From Rhodothermales bacterium (GTDB lineage Bacteria > Bacteroidota > Rhodothermia > Rhodothermales > VXPQ01), in assembly GCA_965117025.1 (NCBI GenBank), contig OZ220746.1, positions 2,085,854 to 2,149,853 of the forward strand: DNA of 64,000 bases, in the 5' to 3' direction. Shown piece by piece: positions 49,579 to 59,190 of this stretch (the first letter of the stretch is position 1; the number at the start of each line of letters is the position of its first letter). The position numbers and the translations under genes were made by a program. Below the pieces are notes generated by a model, which did not search any database, was not told the DNA's origin, and saw nothing but the letters and a program-made list of their open reading frames with translations.

Positions 49579-50907
49579 TCAGACCGCGGGTTCCCAGCCG
49601 GGTTCGTAGTCCCGCGCCCAGAGTTCCATGGCCTCGGGATTGCCGGTAATATGCCCGTTACCCGGATCGCAGTGCAGCGTTTCGCCGACTTTCTGCGCGA
49701 TATTCGCAAGGTGACATAACAGAACGCTCTTGTGCCCTTCGTCGATGGGGGTATGCAGCGTACGCCCATTGCGAATGGCTTCGAGGAAGTTGGCTATGTG
49801 CCGGTCTGTCTGACCTCCGCCGCCGGTCGTGTCCATAGTGGACTCCATATCTTTTTCCTTGACCTCCTTCACGACGGCGTTTTCTTCGTTGTAGAGCACG
49901 TACCCGTTTCTGTCCAGCAATATCGTTCCTTCGGTGCCATGCACCAACGTGCCTCGTCCCCGGTCGAGCACAGGAAAGCCGTTGCAACTTCTGCCTTCCC
50001 AGGTGATCGTTTTCCCTTCCTCGAAATCGTACGACACGTCCTGCGTATCGTAAAACTCCCAGTCGTCGTCGAAGTGGTACCGCCCGCCGCTCGAATTGAC
50101 GCGAATCGGGAAATCCACGCCCAGCGCCCACCGGGCCACGTCGATTTCGTGCGTGCCGTTGTTACATACCTCGCCGGTCCCCCAGTGCCAGAACCAGTGC
50201 CAGTTGTAATGCACCACATTGTCGCGGTACGGCGTACGCGGCGCCGGGCCCTGCCACAATTCATAATCCAGCCAGCGAGGAACCGATGCGGGCTTGCCGC
50301 GCCCGATGGACCCGCGCGTATTGGCATACCAGGCGCGCGCAAAGTACGGCCGCCCTATCCCGCCATCATGGATGATTTGAATCGCCTCGATGGATGCCGG
50401 GCCGGAGCGCTGCTGCGTGCCCATCTGCACGAGCCCGCCGTAGCGCTCTTGCGCGGCGACGAGTAGTTCTCCTTCCCGCGGGTTGTGCCCGCAAGGCTTC
50501 TCGACATACACATGCTTGCCGGCCTGCAAGGCGAGGATCGTCGCGGGGGCATGCCAGTGATCGGGCGCTGCAATGACGAGCACGTCCACATCCGGATCTT
50601 CCAGCGCGCGCCGGAAATCGGGCATTCCCTCCACCATTTCGTCCTGTATCCTGCCCACATCTCTCGATACTTTTCTGACCGCGCGGGCGTCTACATCGCA
50701 AATGTACCGTATGCTGGTATTGTTCTGCCGTGCAAAGGAGTTTGCAAGGCCGCCGCCCCGGCTGTTCACGCCCATTACGGCGACCCGGATCGCATCGCTG
50801 GGCGCCCCGGACGCAAACGCGCGAATCGCCGCCGGCGCAAGACCGAGGCCTGCGCTTCCCAGCGCCGATGTCCTGATGAATTTTCGTCTGTTCATTGAAT
50901 CGTTCAT
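49579..50907 (-). CDS. Gfo/Idh/MocA-family oxidoreductase with twin-arginine signal (paralogous type)
   Basis: ATG at 50905-50907 gives MNDSMNRRKFIRTSALGSAGLG (TAT motif). AAPDHWHA and GKHVYVEKP blocks. Confidence 0.85.
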   Translation of the reverse strand: MNDSMNRRKFIRTSALGSAGLGLAPAAIRAFASGAPSDAIRVAVMGVNSRGGGLANSFARQNNTSIRYICDVDARAVRKVSRDVGRIQDEMVEGMPDFRRALEDPDVDVLVIAAPDHWHAPATILALQAGKHVYVEKPCGHNPREGELLVAAQERYGGLVQMGTQQRSGPASIEAIQIIHDGGIGRPYFARAWYANTRGSIGRGKPASVPRWLDYELWQGPAPRTPYRDNVVHYNWHWFWHWGTGEVCNNGTHEIDVARWALGVDFPIRVNSSGGRYHFDDDWEFYDTQDVSYDFEEGKTITWEGRSCNGFPVLDRGRGTLVHGTEGTILLDRNGYVLYNEENAVVKEVKEKDMESTMDTTGGGGQTDRHIANFLEAIRNGRTLHTPIDEGHKSVLLCHLANIAQKVGETLHCDPGNGHITGNPEAMELWARDYEPGWEPAV

Positions 50908-51135
50908 GAGTCGCACCCGAAATATTTTGCAAAAAATGGGGGAACGAAGACCCCAAATTAAAACATTACAGACACCCGTGCCGTACAGGATCGCACGCCC
51001 GAGGCTCGCAAGAACGCAGGCGACGTATCTTTTCGCCCCCAATCACGTATACGTTCCGGGTGCCCATATGCACATCGTCCGCTTTGGCCGTTTGGAAGCC
51101 CGCCGTTTTCCCACGTCTGACCCTGCATTTTTCCC

Positions 51136-52392
51136 GTGGTCAAAAAACTGAATTTTCTGCTGTACGAGCTTCTCGAAGCGCTCCGGACCGCTTTACGCGC
51201 CATCGCTTCGCACAAAATGCGGTCGGCCCTGACGATGGTCGGCATTGTGATCGGGATTACTTCGGTGACCTCGATGGTTACGGTCATCAACGGCATCGAG
51301 CAGTTTTTCGAGAACACCCTTTCCGAGTTGGGAACGGATGTAGTGTACATCGAAAAATGGCCATGGACAGGCGGTCCGAACACCAAATGGTGGGAATACA
51401 TGAATCGTCCGCAGATCAAGCCGGAACTTGCGGAGATTGTTTCGGAACGCGCCCGCCTCATTACCGCCGCCGCTCCGGTCGTGTCCACGTCCAGGCCGGT
51501 CACCTACGGCGGAAATTCCATCGCTCCCGTGTCGATCCAGGGATCCACGGGCGAGTATGAGCGCGTGCATGTCGTGGAACTCGCTTCGGGTCGGTTCTAT
51601 TCGGAAATGGACAACCGGACGGCGCGCCGTGTGGCCGTTATTGGCGCCAATGTAGCGGAAACGTTGTTTCCCGTGGAGAATCCGCTCGGCAAACCCATTC
51701 GTATTGCAGGGCACCAGTTTCAGGTGATCGGCGTGATGGAGAAAAAAGGCCAGGGCGCCGAAGGGCCGCAATCCGTAGACCAGCAGGCGCGCATTCCCTT
51801 GCAGGCGTTTGCCAATGCCTTCGGCTTGCGCTACAGGGACATTTCGGTGCAGGCAAGGCTTGCCCCGGGCGCCGATCTGGATCAGGCCAAGGATGAATTG
51901 ACCGGCATCGTTCGCGTGGCGCGTTCCGTCGACGCCGGCGAAGACGACAATTTCGAGATCAACGAACAGGAAGAACTGCGGGCCCAGTTGGCCCCGGTCA
52001 AGCGCATGATTTACGGCGTCGGCATCTTCCTGACGGCGCTGGCGCTTCTTGTGGGCGGCATCGGCGTGATGAACATCATGTTCGTTTCGGTCAAGGAGCG
52101 TACGAAGGAAATCGGGCTTCGCAAGGCCGTCGGGGCGCGCCGCCGCACGATCCTGATCCAGTTCCTGATCGAGGCGGTCGCCATCTGTCTTGTCGGAGGG
52201 CTTATCGGCGTCGCATTCGCCACCCTGTGCGCCCAGATTATCAGTCTTGCCCTGTCATTGCCGACCCTGCTGCCACTTGGCACGATTTTTCTTGCTTTCG
52301 TGATCTGTACGCTCGTAGGACTCATTTTCGGATTGGCTCCGGCCTGGGCCGGCGCCAAATCGGATCCCATCGAATCGCTCCGCTACGAATAA
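51136..52392 (+). CDS. ABC transporter permease, MacB/FtsX-like
   Basis: GTG start at 51136 (no in-frame ATG before the first TM segment). KMRSALTMVGIVIGITSV head, periplasmic MacB_PCD-like domain, and FtsX C-terminus ending DPIESLRYE. Confidence 0.85.
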   Translation: MVKKLNFLLYELLEALRTALRAIASHKMRSALTMVGIVIGITSVTSMVTVINGIEQFFENTLSELGTDVVYIEKWPWTGGPNTKWWEYMNRPQIKPELAEIVSERARLITAAAPVVSTSRPVTYGGNSIAPVSIQGSTGEYERVHVVELASGRFYSEMDNRTARRVAVIGANVAETLFPVENPLGKPIRIAGHQFQVIGVMEKKGQGAEGPQSVDQQARIPLQAFANAFGLRYRDISVQARLAPGADLDQAKDELTGIVRVARSVDAGEDDNFEINEQEELRAQLAPVKRMIYGVGIFLTALALLVGGIGVMNIMFVSVKERTKEIGLRKAVGARRRTILIQFLIEAVAICLVGGLIGVAFATLCAQIISLALSLPTLLPLGTIFLAFVICTLVGLIFGLAPAWAGAKSDPIESLRYE

Positions 52393-52415
52393 TCCGAACG
52401 ATCCACGCCCTGTTC

Positions 52416-53639
52416 ATGGAACTACGGGACATCATAGCCTCTGCCTGGACCTCCTTGCGCACCAACAAGATGCGCACCATGCTGACCTTGCTCGGCATGG
52501 TGATCGGCGTATTCGCCATCATTGTATCGATTACGGCGGTCAAAGTGATCGACGTGTATTTCGAGGAGAAGATGTCTTTCCTCGGGACATCCACCTTCAC
52601 GATCTCCCGCTACGAAAGCTTTACGGTCAGCGAACGGGACTTCCGGTATCGCCCGAGAATTACGATGGAACAGATCGACCGGCTCAAGCGGTCGCTGGAT
52701 GAATATCTGGTGGTCAGCGCCATCGAGGATTTCGACATGGACGCCGTCCGTTACGCCGCCCGCGAAACGGAACCCAATGTAGCTATTCTGGGCACCGACG
52801 AGAATTTTGTAGGCAACTTCAGCTATACCATCGAATACGGACGCAACTTTACGCCCGAAGATATCCAGTACGGCAGGAAGGTGGTGATCCTCGGGGCGAG
52901 TGTGGCCGAAGAATTGTTCGCAAGCGAGAACCCTCTTGCCAAGGTGGTCGAATTCGGCGGTGCGCGCTATCAGGTGATTGGCGTGCTGGAGCCCAAGGGT
53001 AATTTTCTGGGCTTCAACATGGACAATCGGGTGTTTGCACCGATGCAGACGCTCTTTCTCAGATACGGGGGCGCCCATCGCAACATTGCCTCGACCAGCG
53101 TGCGTACGCCGGGTCCGCAGTTCATTACCGCCGGCATGGAAGAGGTGATCGGCCGCCTGCGGACCATTCGCAAGGTGCCTCCCGGCGAAGACAACGATTT
53201 CGTCGTCGAAACGAACGACTCCATGCGGGCTATCTTCGATCAGTTTACCACGGTGCTCACCCAGGCCGGCGCCGCCATCGGGTTTATTTCTCTTCTTGCG
53301 GCCGGTATCGGAATCATGAACATCATGCTCGTTTCGGTTACGGAACGAACGCGCGAGATCGGTATCCGCAAAGCGCTCGGCGCCCGCAGGAGAGACATTA
53401 TGCGGCAATTTATTCTGGAGGCCATTTTTCTGTGCCAGATCGGGGGAGGCGCCGGTTTTCTTCTCGGCGTGCTGGCCGGTAACGGCACGGCGCTGTATTT
53501 TAACATTTCCGCCACAATCCCCTGGGTCTGGGCCGGCGTGACCGTAGCCATCGTAGCCTGCGTGGCCCTTGTGTTCGGCGGCTACCCGGCCCTTAAGGCG
53601 GCCCGGCTGAATCCCATCGATTCCCTTCGCTACGAATAA
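52416..53639 (+). CDS. ABC transporter permease, MacB/FtsX-like (second copy)
   Basis: ATG at 52416 gives MELRDIIASAWTSLRTNKMRTMLTLLGMVIGV. C-terminus ends NPIDSLRYE. Paralog of the preceding gene. Confidence 0.85.
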   Translation: MELRDIIASAWTSLRTNKMRTMLTLLGMVIGVFAIIVSITAVKVIDVYFEEKMSFLGTSTFTISRYESFTVSERDFRYRPRITMEQIDRLKRSLDEYLVVSAIEDFDMDAVRYAARETEPNVAILGTDENFVGNFSYTIEYGRNFTPEDIQYGRKVVILGASVAEELFASENPLAKVVEFGGARYQVIGVLEPKGNFLGFNMDNRVFAPMQTLFLRYGGAHRNIASTSVRTPGPQFITAGMEEVIGRLRTIRKVPPGEDNDFVVETNDSMRAIFDQFTTVLTQAGAAIGFISLLAAGIGIMNIMLVSVTERTREIGIRKALGARRRDIMRQFILEAIFLCQIGGGAGFLLGVLAGNGTALYFNISATIPWVWAGVTVAIVACVALVFGGYPALKAARLNPIDSLRYE

Positions 53640-54166
53640 TGATGTCGTCATGCGCTGCAAGGCGCATTCGTATTTCCGCTCTTCTGCTCTTCCTGCTTCC
53701 GGGCTTTCTGCTTGGCGCTTGCAGTTCGGAATCGGTTTCGGAAGAAGAGCCGATTCCGGAGCCGTTGCATTTTGCGTCCATCGGCTACGGCCAGCACGGA
53801 CCCCTCAAAGACACCCTGGAAATCGTTATTCGGGATCAGGAAACCTGGGCGGCCTGGCAGGATTCGCTGCGTCCCGTGGCGCCCTTCCTGTCCGTGGATT
53901 TTTCCCAGGCGATGGTGCTTCTCGTAGCCCTGCCGCAAATCACCAGTGGCTACGCCGTCACGTTCCTGTCCCTTGACCGGATGGATTCGGCGATTGTCGC
54001 CGAGTACCTCGTGGAAATTCCCGCAGAAGATTGTCTGACGGCCGCTGCCGAATCGGTGCCGTTCCAGGCCGTGCTGACGCACCCGACGGATTCGCCGATA
54101 CGCTTCAAGCGCGTGGAGGAAGAGTACCGCTGTACGTTCGGACCTCGACGACGCGGCAGTTCGTAA
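53639..54166 (+). CDS. Lipoprotein, PrcB-C-terminal-domain-like
   Basis: The start overlaps the permease stop (TAATG). Lipobox FLLGAC. VDFSQAMVLLVALPQITSGYAVTFLSL...VPFQAVL resembles the PrcB_C family pattern (from memory). Confidence 0.5.
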   Translation: MMSSCAARRIRISALLLFLLPGFLLGACSSESVSEEEPIPEPLHFASIGYGQHGPLKDTLEIVIRDQETWAAWQDSLRPVAPFLSVDFSQAMVLLVALPQITSGYAVTFLSLDRMDSAIVAEYLVEIPAEDCLTAAAESVPFQAVLTHPTDSPIRFKRVEEEYRCTFGPRRRGSS

Positions 54167-54330
54167 GTCGATTACGCCGGGGCCGGGACTGCCCGGAGTC
54201 TGGCGAGATGCGCGGTTCGCTCCGACAGTGCGCAGGGAAAGGTAAAAGACGGGTCTGGAACGCCGCGTGCAGGGGCTGTCTGTCCGGGCAGCGGAAACAC
54301 ATTCTTTCCCGGATTGCGGCGAAAGAAATA

Positions 54331-54356
54331 GCCGATCAGGCGGCTTCCTGATCGGC
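54331..54356 (-). terminator. 10-bp hairpin overlapping the stop codon of the ABC ATPase gene (candidate terminator)
   Basis: GCCGATCAGG (54331-40) / cggctt / CCTGATCGGC (54347-56). On the minus strand it is followed by tatttctttc. Confidence 0.5.
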
Positions 54357-55076
54357 CGTGGAAACGGAAGCCAGTACGGGGTCGTCCACCTTCACGTCGC
54401 TATCCACTTCTCCATCGACCAGGCGGACAATCCGGCGCGCATGTTGCGCCACGTCGTTTTCGTGCGTAACGACGAGCAGGGTGTTTCCCTGTCGGTAGAG
54501 CTGCTCGAACAGGTACATGATTTCCTTGCCCGTTTTCGTGTCAAGGTTACCTGTCGGCTCGTCGGCCAGAATGATCGAGGGTCTGTTGACCAGGGCCCTT
54601 GCCACTGCGACACGCTGCCGCTGTCCCCCCGACAATTCATTCGGTTTGTGGTCCACACGGTCGGCCAGCCCAACGCTCTCCAGCGCATGCTCCGCCATCT
54701 GGCGCCGCTCCCTGCGCCGGATACCACTGTACACCAGCGGCAATTCCACGTTGTGCATGCAATCGGCTCGCGCAAGCAGGTTGAATGTCTGGAACACGAA
54801 TCCTATTTCGCGATTGCGCACGTTGGCCAGTTCGTTATCGCTCATCTCGCTGACGCGTTGCCCATTGAGATAGTAGGCGCCGCCTGTCGGCGAATCCAGG
54901 CACCCTATGATATTCATCAACGTGGATTTTCCTGATCCGGAAGCGCCCATGATCGCTATGTATTCATTCTCGAATACATCCAGCGATACGCCGGCAAGGG
55001 CATGTACTTCATGTTCGCCCATGTAGTAAATCCGGGTGATGTCGCGCAGCGCTATGAGCGGTCGTTGTTCTTCCAT
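54336..55076 (-). CDS. ABC transporter ATP-binding protein (MacB/LolD-type)
   Basis: Walker [13 protein letters not shown], signature [15 protein letters not shown] and Walker [12 protein letters not shown]. Confidence 0.9.
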   Translation of the reverse strand: MEEQRPLIALRDITRIYYMGEHEVHALAGVSLDVFENEYIAIMGASGSGKSTLMNIIGCLDSPTGGAYYLNGQRVSEMSDNELANVRNREIGFVFQTFNLLARADCMHNVELPLVYSGIRRRERRQMAEHALESVGLADRVDHKPNELSGGQRQRVAVARALVNRPSIILADEPTGNLDTKTGKEIMYLFEQLYRQGNTLLVVTHENDVAQHARRIVRLVDGEVDSDVKVDDPVLASVSTADQEAA

Positions 55077-55136
55077 GAGGCTGGTTTTCTCTATGTATGC
55101 GCCGGGGGAATGTGTCCTGGCAGACCGGAAGCAAGA

Positions 55137-56540
55137 CTACGAATCGGCTCTGGAGAAATCAGTCGGACCGTTCTCCCGGATGCGTATCTCATCCCTGTGG
55201 CTCAGCGTACGGCTGACGGCGCTGTACGGACCCGTAACGACCTGGTCGCCGACGGCGAGCCCGGTGGCCACCTCGATATGCGTGTCGTCGGATATGCCCG
55301 TTTCCACTTCGACGATTCGGACTGTACCGTCCACTACGAGGAACACCACCCTGCTTAATTCTTCCTTCCCTGAGCCGGCCCGGGAAGAATCCGGGGCGAC
55401 CTCTTCTCCATTCTCTTCCTCCGTTTCCGCATCGCCGTTGGCATCCTCCAGGGATATGCCGGATAAATCGCGCACGGTCACGGCCTGAATCGGCACGGCG
55501 ACCACATTGACGACCGTTTCCGTATAGACATCCACGGTGGCGCTCATACCGGGCCGGAAGAGCGGTGCATCGCTGGCGGGGGCAGGCACTTCATCCTGCA
55601 CAATTACGCGCTGTTCGTCGGAATACCCTGCCTGGATGTTGTGCGCGTCCAGAATACGCACCTTGACCGGGAATTCAGTGACCTGCTCCTGCGTTCCGGC
55701 TGCGGTCGTGCGCGCGGAGTTGGCGATCTCGGTTACGACGCCCTGAAAATTGCGGTCGGGGTATGCATCGACCTCAATAGATGCCGTGTCGCCCAGCGCC
55801 ACATTGACGATCTCGTTCTCGTTCACCTCGACTTCAACTTCCATGTGATCGAGGCGAGCTACCCGCATCATTTCGGTACCGGCCATCTGGCTGGTTCCGA
55901 CGACGCGTTCGCCGAGTTCCACGAGGAGTGTACTGATCGTGCCTGACATGGGACTGTAGATGGCCGTTTTGCGAACCTGCTCTTCGGCTTCGCGCAGGCG
56001 CGCTTCCGCACTTTCGACCGCATATTTGGCGCCCTCCAGCCCGGCTTCGGCCACATTGTACCGTGTTTCCGCCTGTTCGAGGATGCTCCTGGCGATCGCG
56101 GCGCGTTCAAACAAATCCCGCTGGCGCGTGCGGTCCGATTCGGCTTCCAGCAGATCGGCCTCGCGTTGGACCATGGAGGCTTTTGCCTGCAACACGCCCG
56201 CCCGCGCCTGCTCGACCTGCGTAGCGTAGAAGTCGGGCTTTATCCGGGCAAGGAGCATACCCCGTTGCACGGTGTCGCCCTCCTTGATGGGAAGTTCGAT
56301 GATCTCGCCGGAGACATCCGGACTGATGATCACTTCTACCTCGGGCTGCACCTTGCCGGAAGCGGTGACAATCTGCGTAATGCTGCGGGTTTCGGCCTCG
56401 TCCGTTTCGACGAACGTCCCGGAATTTCCCGAGCCGAACATACCCGTGACGCGCCCCACGACGGCGAACGCCACAAGGAGGATCAGCAATCCGCCCAATA
56501 TCCACAGCAGGCGTTTCGTAGCGCTGGATTTTTTCGACAT
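55137..56540 (-). CDS. Efflux periplasmic adaptor (membrane fusion protein, MacA/HlyD-like)
   Basis: N-terminal TM anchor, coiled-coil hairpin (QVEQARAGVLQAKASMVQREADLLEAE...) and beta-barrel domain blocks. Confidence 0.85.
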   Translation of the reverse strand: MSKKSSATKRLLWILGGLLILLVAFAVVGRVTGMFGSGNSGTFVETDEAETRSITQIVTASGKVQPEVEVIISPDVSGEIIELPIKEGDTVQRGMLLARIKPDFYATQVEQARAGVLQAKASMVQREADLLEAESDRTRQRDLFERAAIARSILEQAETRYNVAEAGLEGAKYAVESAEARLREAEEQVRKTAIYSPMSGTISTLLVELGERVVGTSQMAGTEMMRVARLDHMEVEVEVNENEIVNVALGDTASIEVDAYPDRNFQGVVTEIANSARTTAAGTQEQVTEFPVKVRILDAHNIQAGYSDEQRVIVQDEVPAPASDAPLFRPGMSATVDVYTETVVNVVAVPIQAVTVRDLSGISLEDANGDAETEEENGEEVAPDSSRAGSGKEELSRVVFLVVDGTVRIVEVETGISDDTHIEVATGLAVGDQVVTGPYSAVSRTLSHRDEIRIRENGPTDFSRADS

Positions 56541-56599
56541 GTTTTTGAACAGTGGAAGGTGTTTGAAAAAGTGCGTTTGCCGAGCGCCCTGGTGCGAAA

Positions 56600-57991
56600 T
56601 CAGTCGAACAACGGCGTCGAAAGGTCCAGACGGCCCACAAAGAAGTCGACCAGTTTACTCTGGAACAGGAAATTGTACTGCGCCTGCACCCGGTTGCTTA
56701 CGGCGGTGACATACTGGGCTTGCGCCTGGGAGAGTTCCACGAGCGTGCCGGCGCCTACGTTGTACCGGTTCTGCGAGGCTTCAAGCGCCCGTTCGGCGGC
56801 AAGCACCTGCGTTTCGGACACTTCGAGGCTCTTCCGGGCCGCTTCGTACTCGAGATACCCCTGCCTTACCTGCAAGGCCGCGTTTTGCTTCAGGCTTTCC
56901 ATTTCCAGCATCGCGTTCCGGTATTGCACCTCGGCCTGCTGAACCTGTGTACCCCGGGAAAAGTTGTTGAAAATGGGGTAGCTGATGCTGAAACCGAGCG
57001 AGTTGCCCCGGTTGCCTTCGAGCTGATCCGCGAAGGACCTGTCCATGGGATCGTTCGGCGAGTAATTCGAGCGGTAACTGCCGCCGAAGTCCACTCGAGG
57101 CCAGTACACGGATTTCGCCAGGCGTATACCCTGCTGCGCGGCGCGGATGCGTGCTTCCTGCGCCGCCAGATCGTCGCGTGATTCGAACGCGATATCGAAG
57201 AGTTCCTGCAGGTTGTAATCCTGGGGAACGACAGGTATGTCTTCGTACCGCGGCGCCACGAACTCGTACTCGTCCCGCGGATCGAGTTGCAGGACCTGAA
57301 TAAGCCGGGCCTTGCTGAGCTCTGCGTCCCGCTCGGAGGTAAGTACGTTCAATTCGGCCTGTGCCGTTTCTGCCTGTTGCTGGTACAGATCCGAGATGGG
57401 CCGCGATCCGACGTTGACGAATTCTTCGATCTGCGCCAGGAGTTGACGCTGGGATTCCAGATTCTCCTGCTGGATGACCACCAGTTGTCCCCCATTTACA
57501 TACAGGAGAAAATTGTTCGCCACGTCGAACGCCACGGTTTGCCGGGTCTGATCATACGCGAGCTCGCTGGCATGCAGGGTGTGTTGTGATTGCCGGAGCG
57601 CCGCTATATTCGCAAATCCGTCGAACAGGTTGATTTGTCCCGAAAGCGATCCATTCAGGTTCTGGCTCGTGAACTGGATATTGCGCCCCGCCTGATCCTG
57701 TGCGAAACCGGACCCCCGCGATCCGCTGGTGGACATCGAGAAAGAGGGCAGAAAATCCATCCGCCGCTGAAACACATCCCGCGCGCTCAGTTCGATGGTA
57801 TTTCCGGACTGTTTTACCTGGATGTTCCGGTCGAGCGCAATCCGGAGGGCCTCGTCGAAAGTGATGACCCGAGGCTGTTGCGCCTGTGCGTGGCGCACCC
57901 CGCCCGGCGCAAGCAGAAACATACCCGACGCAAGCAGAAAAGCGAAAAGCAGTATCCGGCGAAAACGACCGGCATAATTCACCATATACAT
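56600..57991 (-). CDS. TolC-family outer-membrane efflux protein
   Basis: ATG at 57989-57991 gives MYMVNYAGRFRRILLFAFLLASG. Two OEP repeats (...RAAQQGIRLAKSVYWPRVDFGGSY...). Confidence 0.85.
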   Translation of the reverse strand: MYMVNYAGRFRRILLFAFLLASGMFLLAPGGVRHAQAQQPRVITFDEALRIALDRNIQVKQSGNTIELSARDVFQRRMDFLPSFSMSTSGSRGSGFAQDQAGRNIQFTSQNLNGSLSGQINLFDGFANIAALRQSQHTLHASELAYDQTRQTVAFDVANNFLLYVNGGQLVVIQQENLESQRQLLAQIEEFVNVGSRPISDLYQQQAETAQAELNVLTSERDAELSKARLIQVLQLDPRDEYEFVAPRYEDIPVVPQDYNLQELFDIAFESRDDLAAQEARIRAAQQGIRLAKSVYWPRVDFGGSYRSNYSPNDPMDRSFADQLEGNRGNSLGFSISYPIFNNFSRGTQVQQAEVQYRNAMLEMESLKQNAALQVRQGYLEYEAARKSLEVSETQVLAAERALEASQNRYNVGAGTLVELSQAQAQYVTAVSNRVQAQYNFLFQSKLVDFFVGRLDLSTPLFD

Positions 57992-58176
57992 GATTTCTGT
58001 CCTGGACTGAGTTTCGGGATGTTCCGTAAGGGGATGTTTCTGCGCTCCCGAGGCGTAATCGCATAGCAAAACGCCGGGTCTAACGTGTCGTTACGGAAAT
58101 AAAGCCCCGGTGTTGCAGTGGCCGCCTCGGAAAAAAGCTGCGCGCTCCGAAAACCGGTGCGCGGCGGCAGGGAACG

Positions 58177-58263
58177 CGGAGGGGGAGGGATTCGAACCCC
58201 CGGTACCCGCAAGGGTACGCCGGTTTTCAAGACCGGTGCATTCGTCCGCTCTGCCACCCCTCC
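58177..58263 (-). tRNA. tRNA-Ser (anticodon UGA), CCA not encoded
   Basis: Folded by hand: acceptor GGAGGGG/CCCCUCC, anticodon stem-loop CCGGU-CUUGAAA-ACCGG, long variable arm, T-loop GGGGGUUCGAAUCCCUC. Confidence 0.9.
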
Positions 58264-58379
58264 CGGTAGCCGTTCGATCATTTCCCGGCAAACCAAAACA
58301 ATACAAGTTGCCGTTCTCTCCGGTTCCTGAGCAGGTGCGGAGGCGGGTAAACAGTGTCGGGGCGCATGATGTGCGTGGT

Positions 58380-59093
58380 CTATGCGCCCAGTACCCCATA
58401 GGCCAGTGCGGCAAGCGCGCCGCCCGCAAACGGACCGAGCACCGGGATCCAGGCATATTCCCAGTCGCTGTCCCGCTTGCCCTTACCGAGGGGAAGGAGG
58501 GCATGCATGATGCGCGGGCTCAGGTCGCGGGCCGGATTGATCGCATATCCTGTAGTCCCGCCGAGGCACAGGCCGATGGCCAACACAAGCAGTCCCACCG
58601 GCAGGGCGTCCAGGGCGCCCAGACCCACTTCAGGCGCCGCGATATACAGTACGCCGAAAACGAGCACGAACGTGCCGATGACCTCGGAAATAAAATTCGC
58701 TCCGGTGCTCCGGATTTCCGGGGCGGTGCAGAAAACGCCCAGCTTCAGGTCTCCGTTTTCGGTATTCAAAAAATGCGGGCGGTAATGCAGCCAGGTCAGG
58801 AAGGCGCCCAGCGCGCCGCCGATAAATTGCGCGATCAGGTAGGAAGGCACGGACGCCCAGGCGAACTTACCGGCTATGGCCAGGCCGAGGGTTACCGCGG
58901 GATTGATATGTGCGCCGGAAAAGGCGGCGACGCAGAATACGGCCGCAAACACGGCCATACCCCACCCGAAGGTGATGACGATCCAGCCGGAGTTCTGGCC
59001 CTTGGTTCCTTTGAGCAAGACGTTCGCTACGACGCCGTCGCCCAGCAGAATCAGCAAGGCGGTTCCGACGATTTCTGCAAAAAAGGGAGTCAT
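58380..59093 (-). CDS. glpF: Glycerol uptake facilitator (MIP/aquaporin family)
   Basis: Two NPA boxes (HINPAVT, AINPARD). 237 aa. Confidence 0.9.
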   Translation of the reverse strand: MTPFFAEIVGTALLILLGDGVVANVLLKGTKGQNSGWIVITFGWGMAVFAAVFCVAAFSGAHINPAVTLGLAIAGKFAWASVPSYLIAQFIGGALGAFLTWLHYRPHFLNTENGDLKLGVFCTAPEIRSTGANFISEVIGTFVLVFGVLYIAAPEVGLGALDALPVGLLVLAIGLCLGGTTGYAINPARDLSPRIMHALLPLGKGKRDSDWEYAWIPVLGPFAGGALAALAYGVLGA

Positions 59094-59127
59094 GGGGGCA
59101 AGGGGGGATGGTGTGCAGAAGCGAAGC

Positions 59128-59152
59128 GCTGATCAAAGCGGTTTTGATCAGC
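59128..59152 (-). other. Intercistronic hairpin between glpK and glpF (10-bp stem, 5-nt loop)
   Basis: GCTGATCAAA / gcggt / TTTGATCAGC, read directly. Extendable by one C-G and one G-U pair. Confidence 0.6.
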
Positions 59153-59190
59153 GTATCCTAAAGTACCGACGGGCGGGGAGAAAGGCATCC

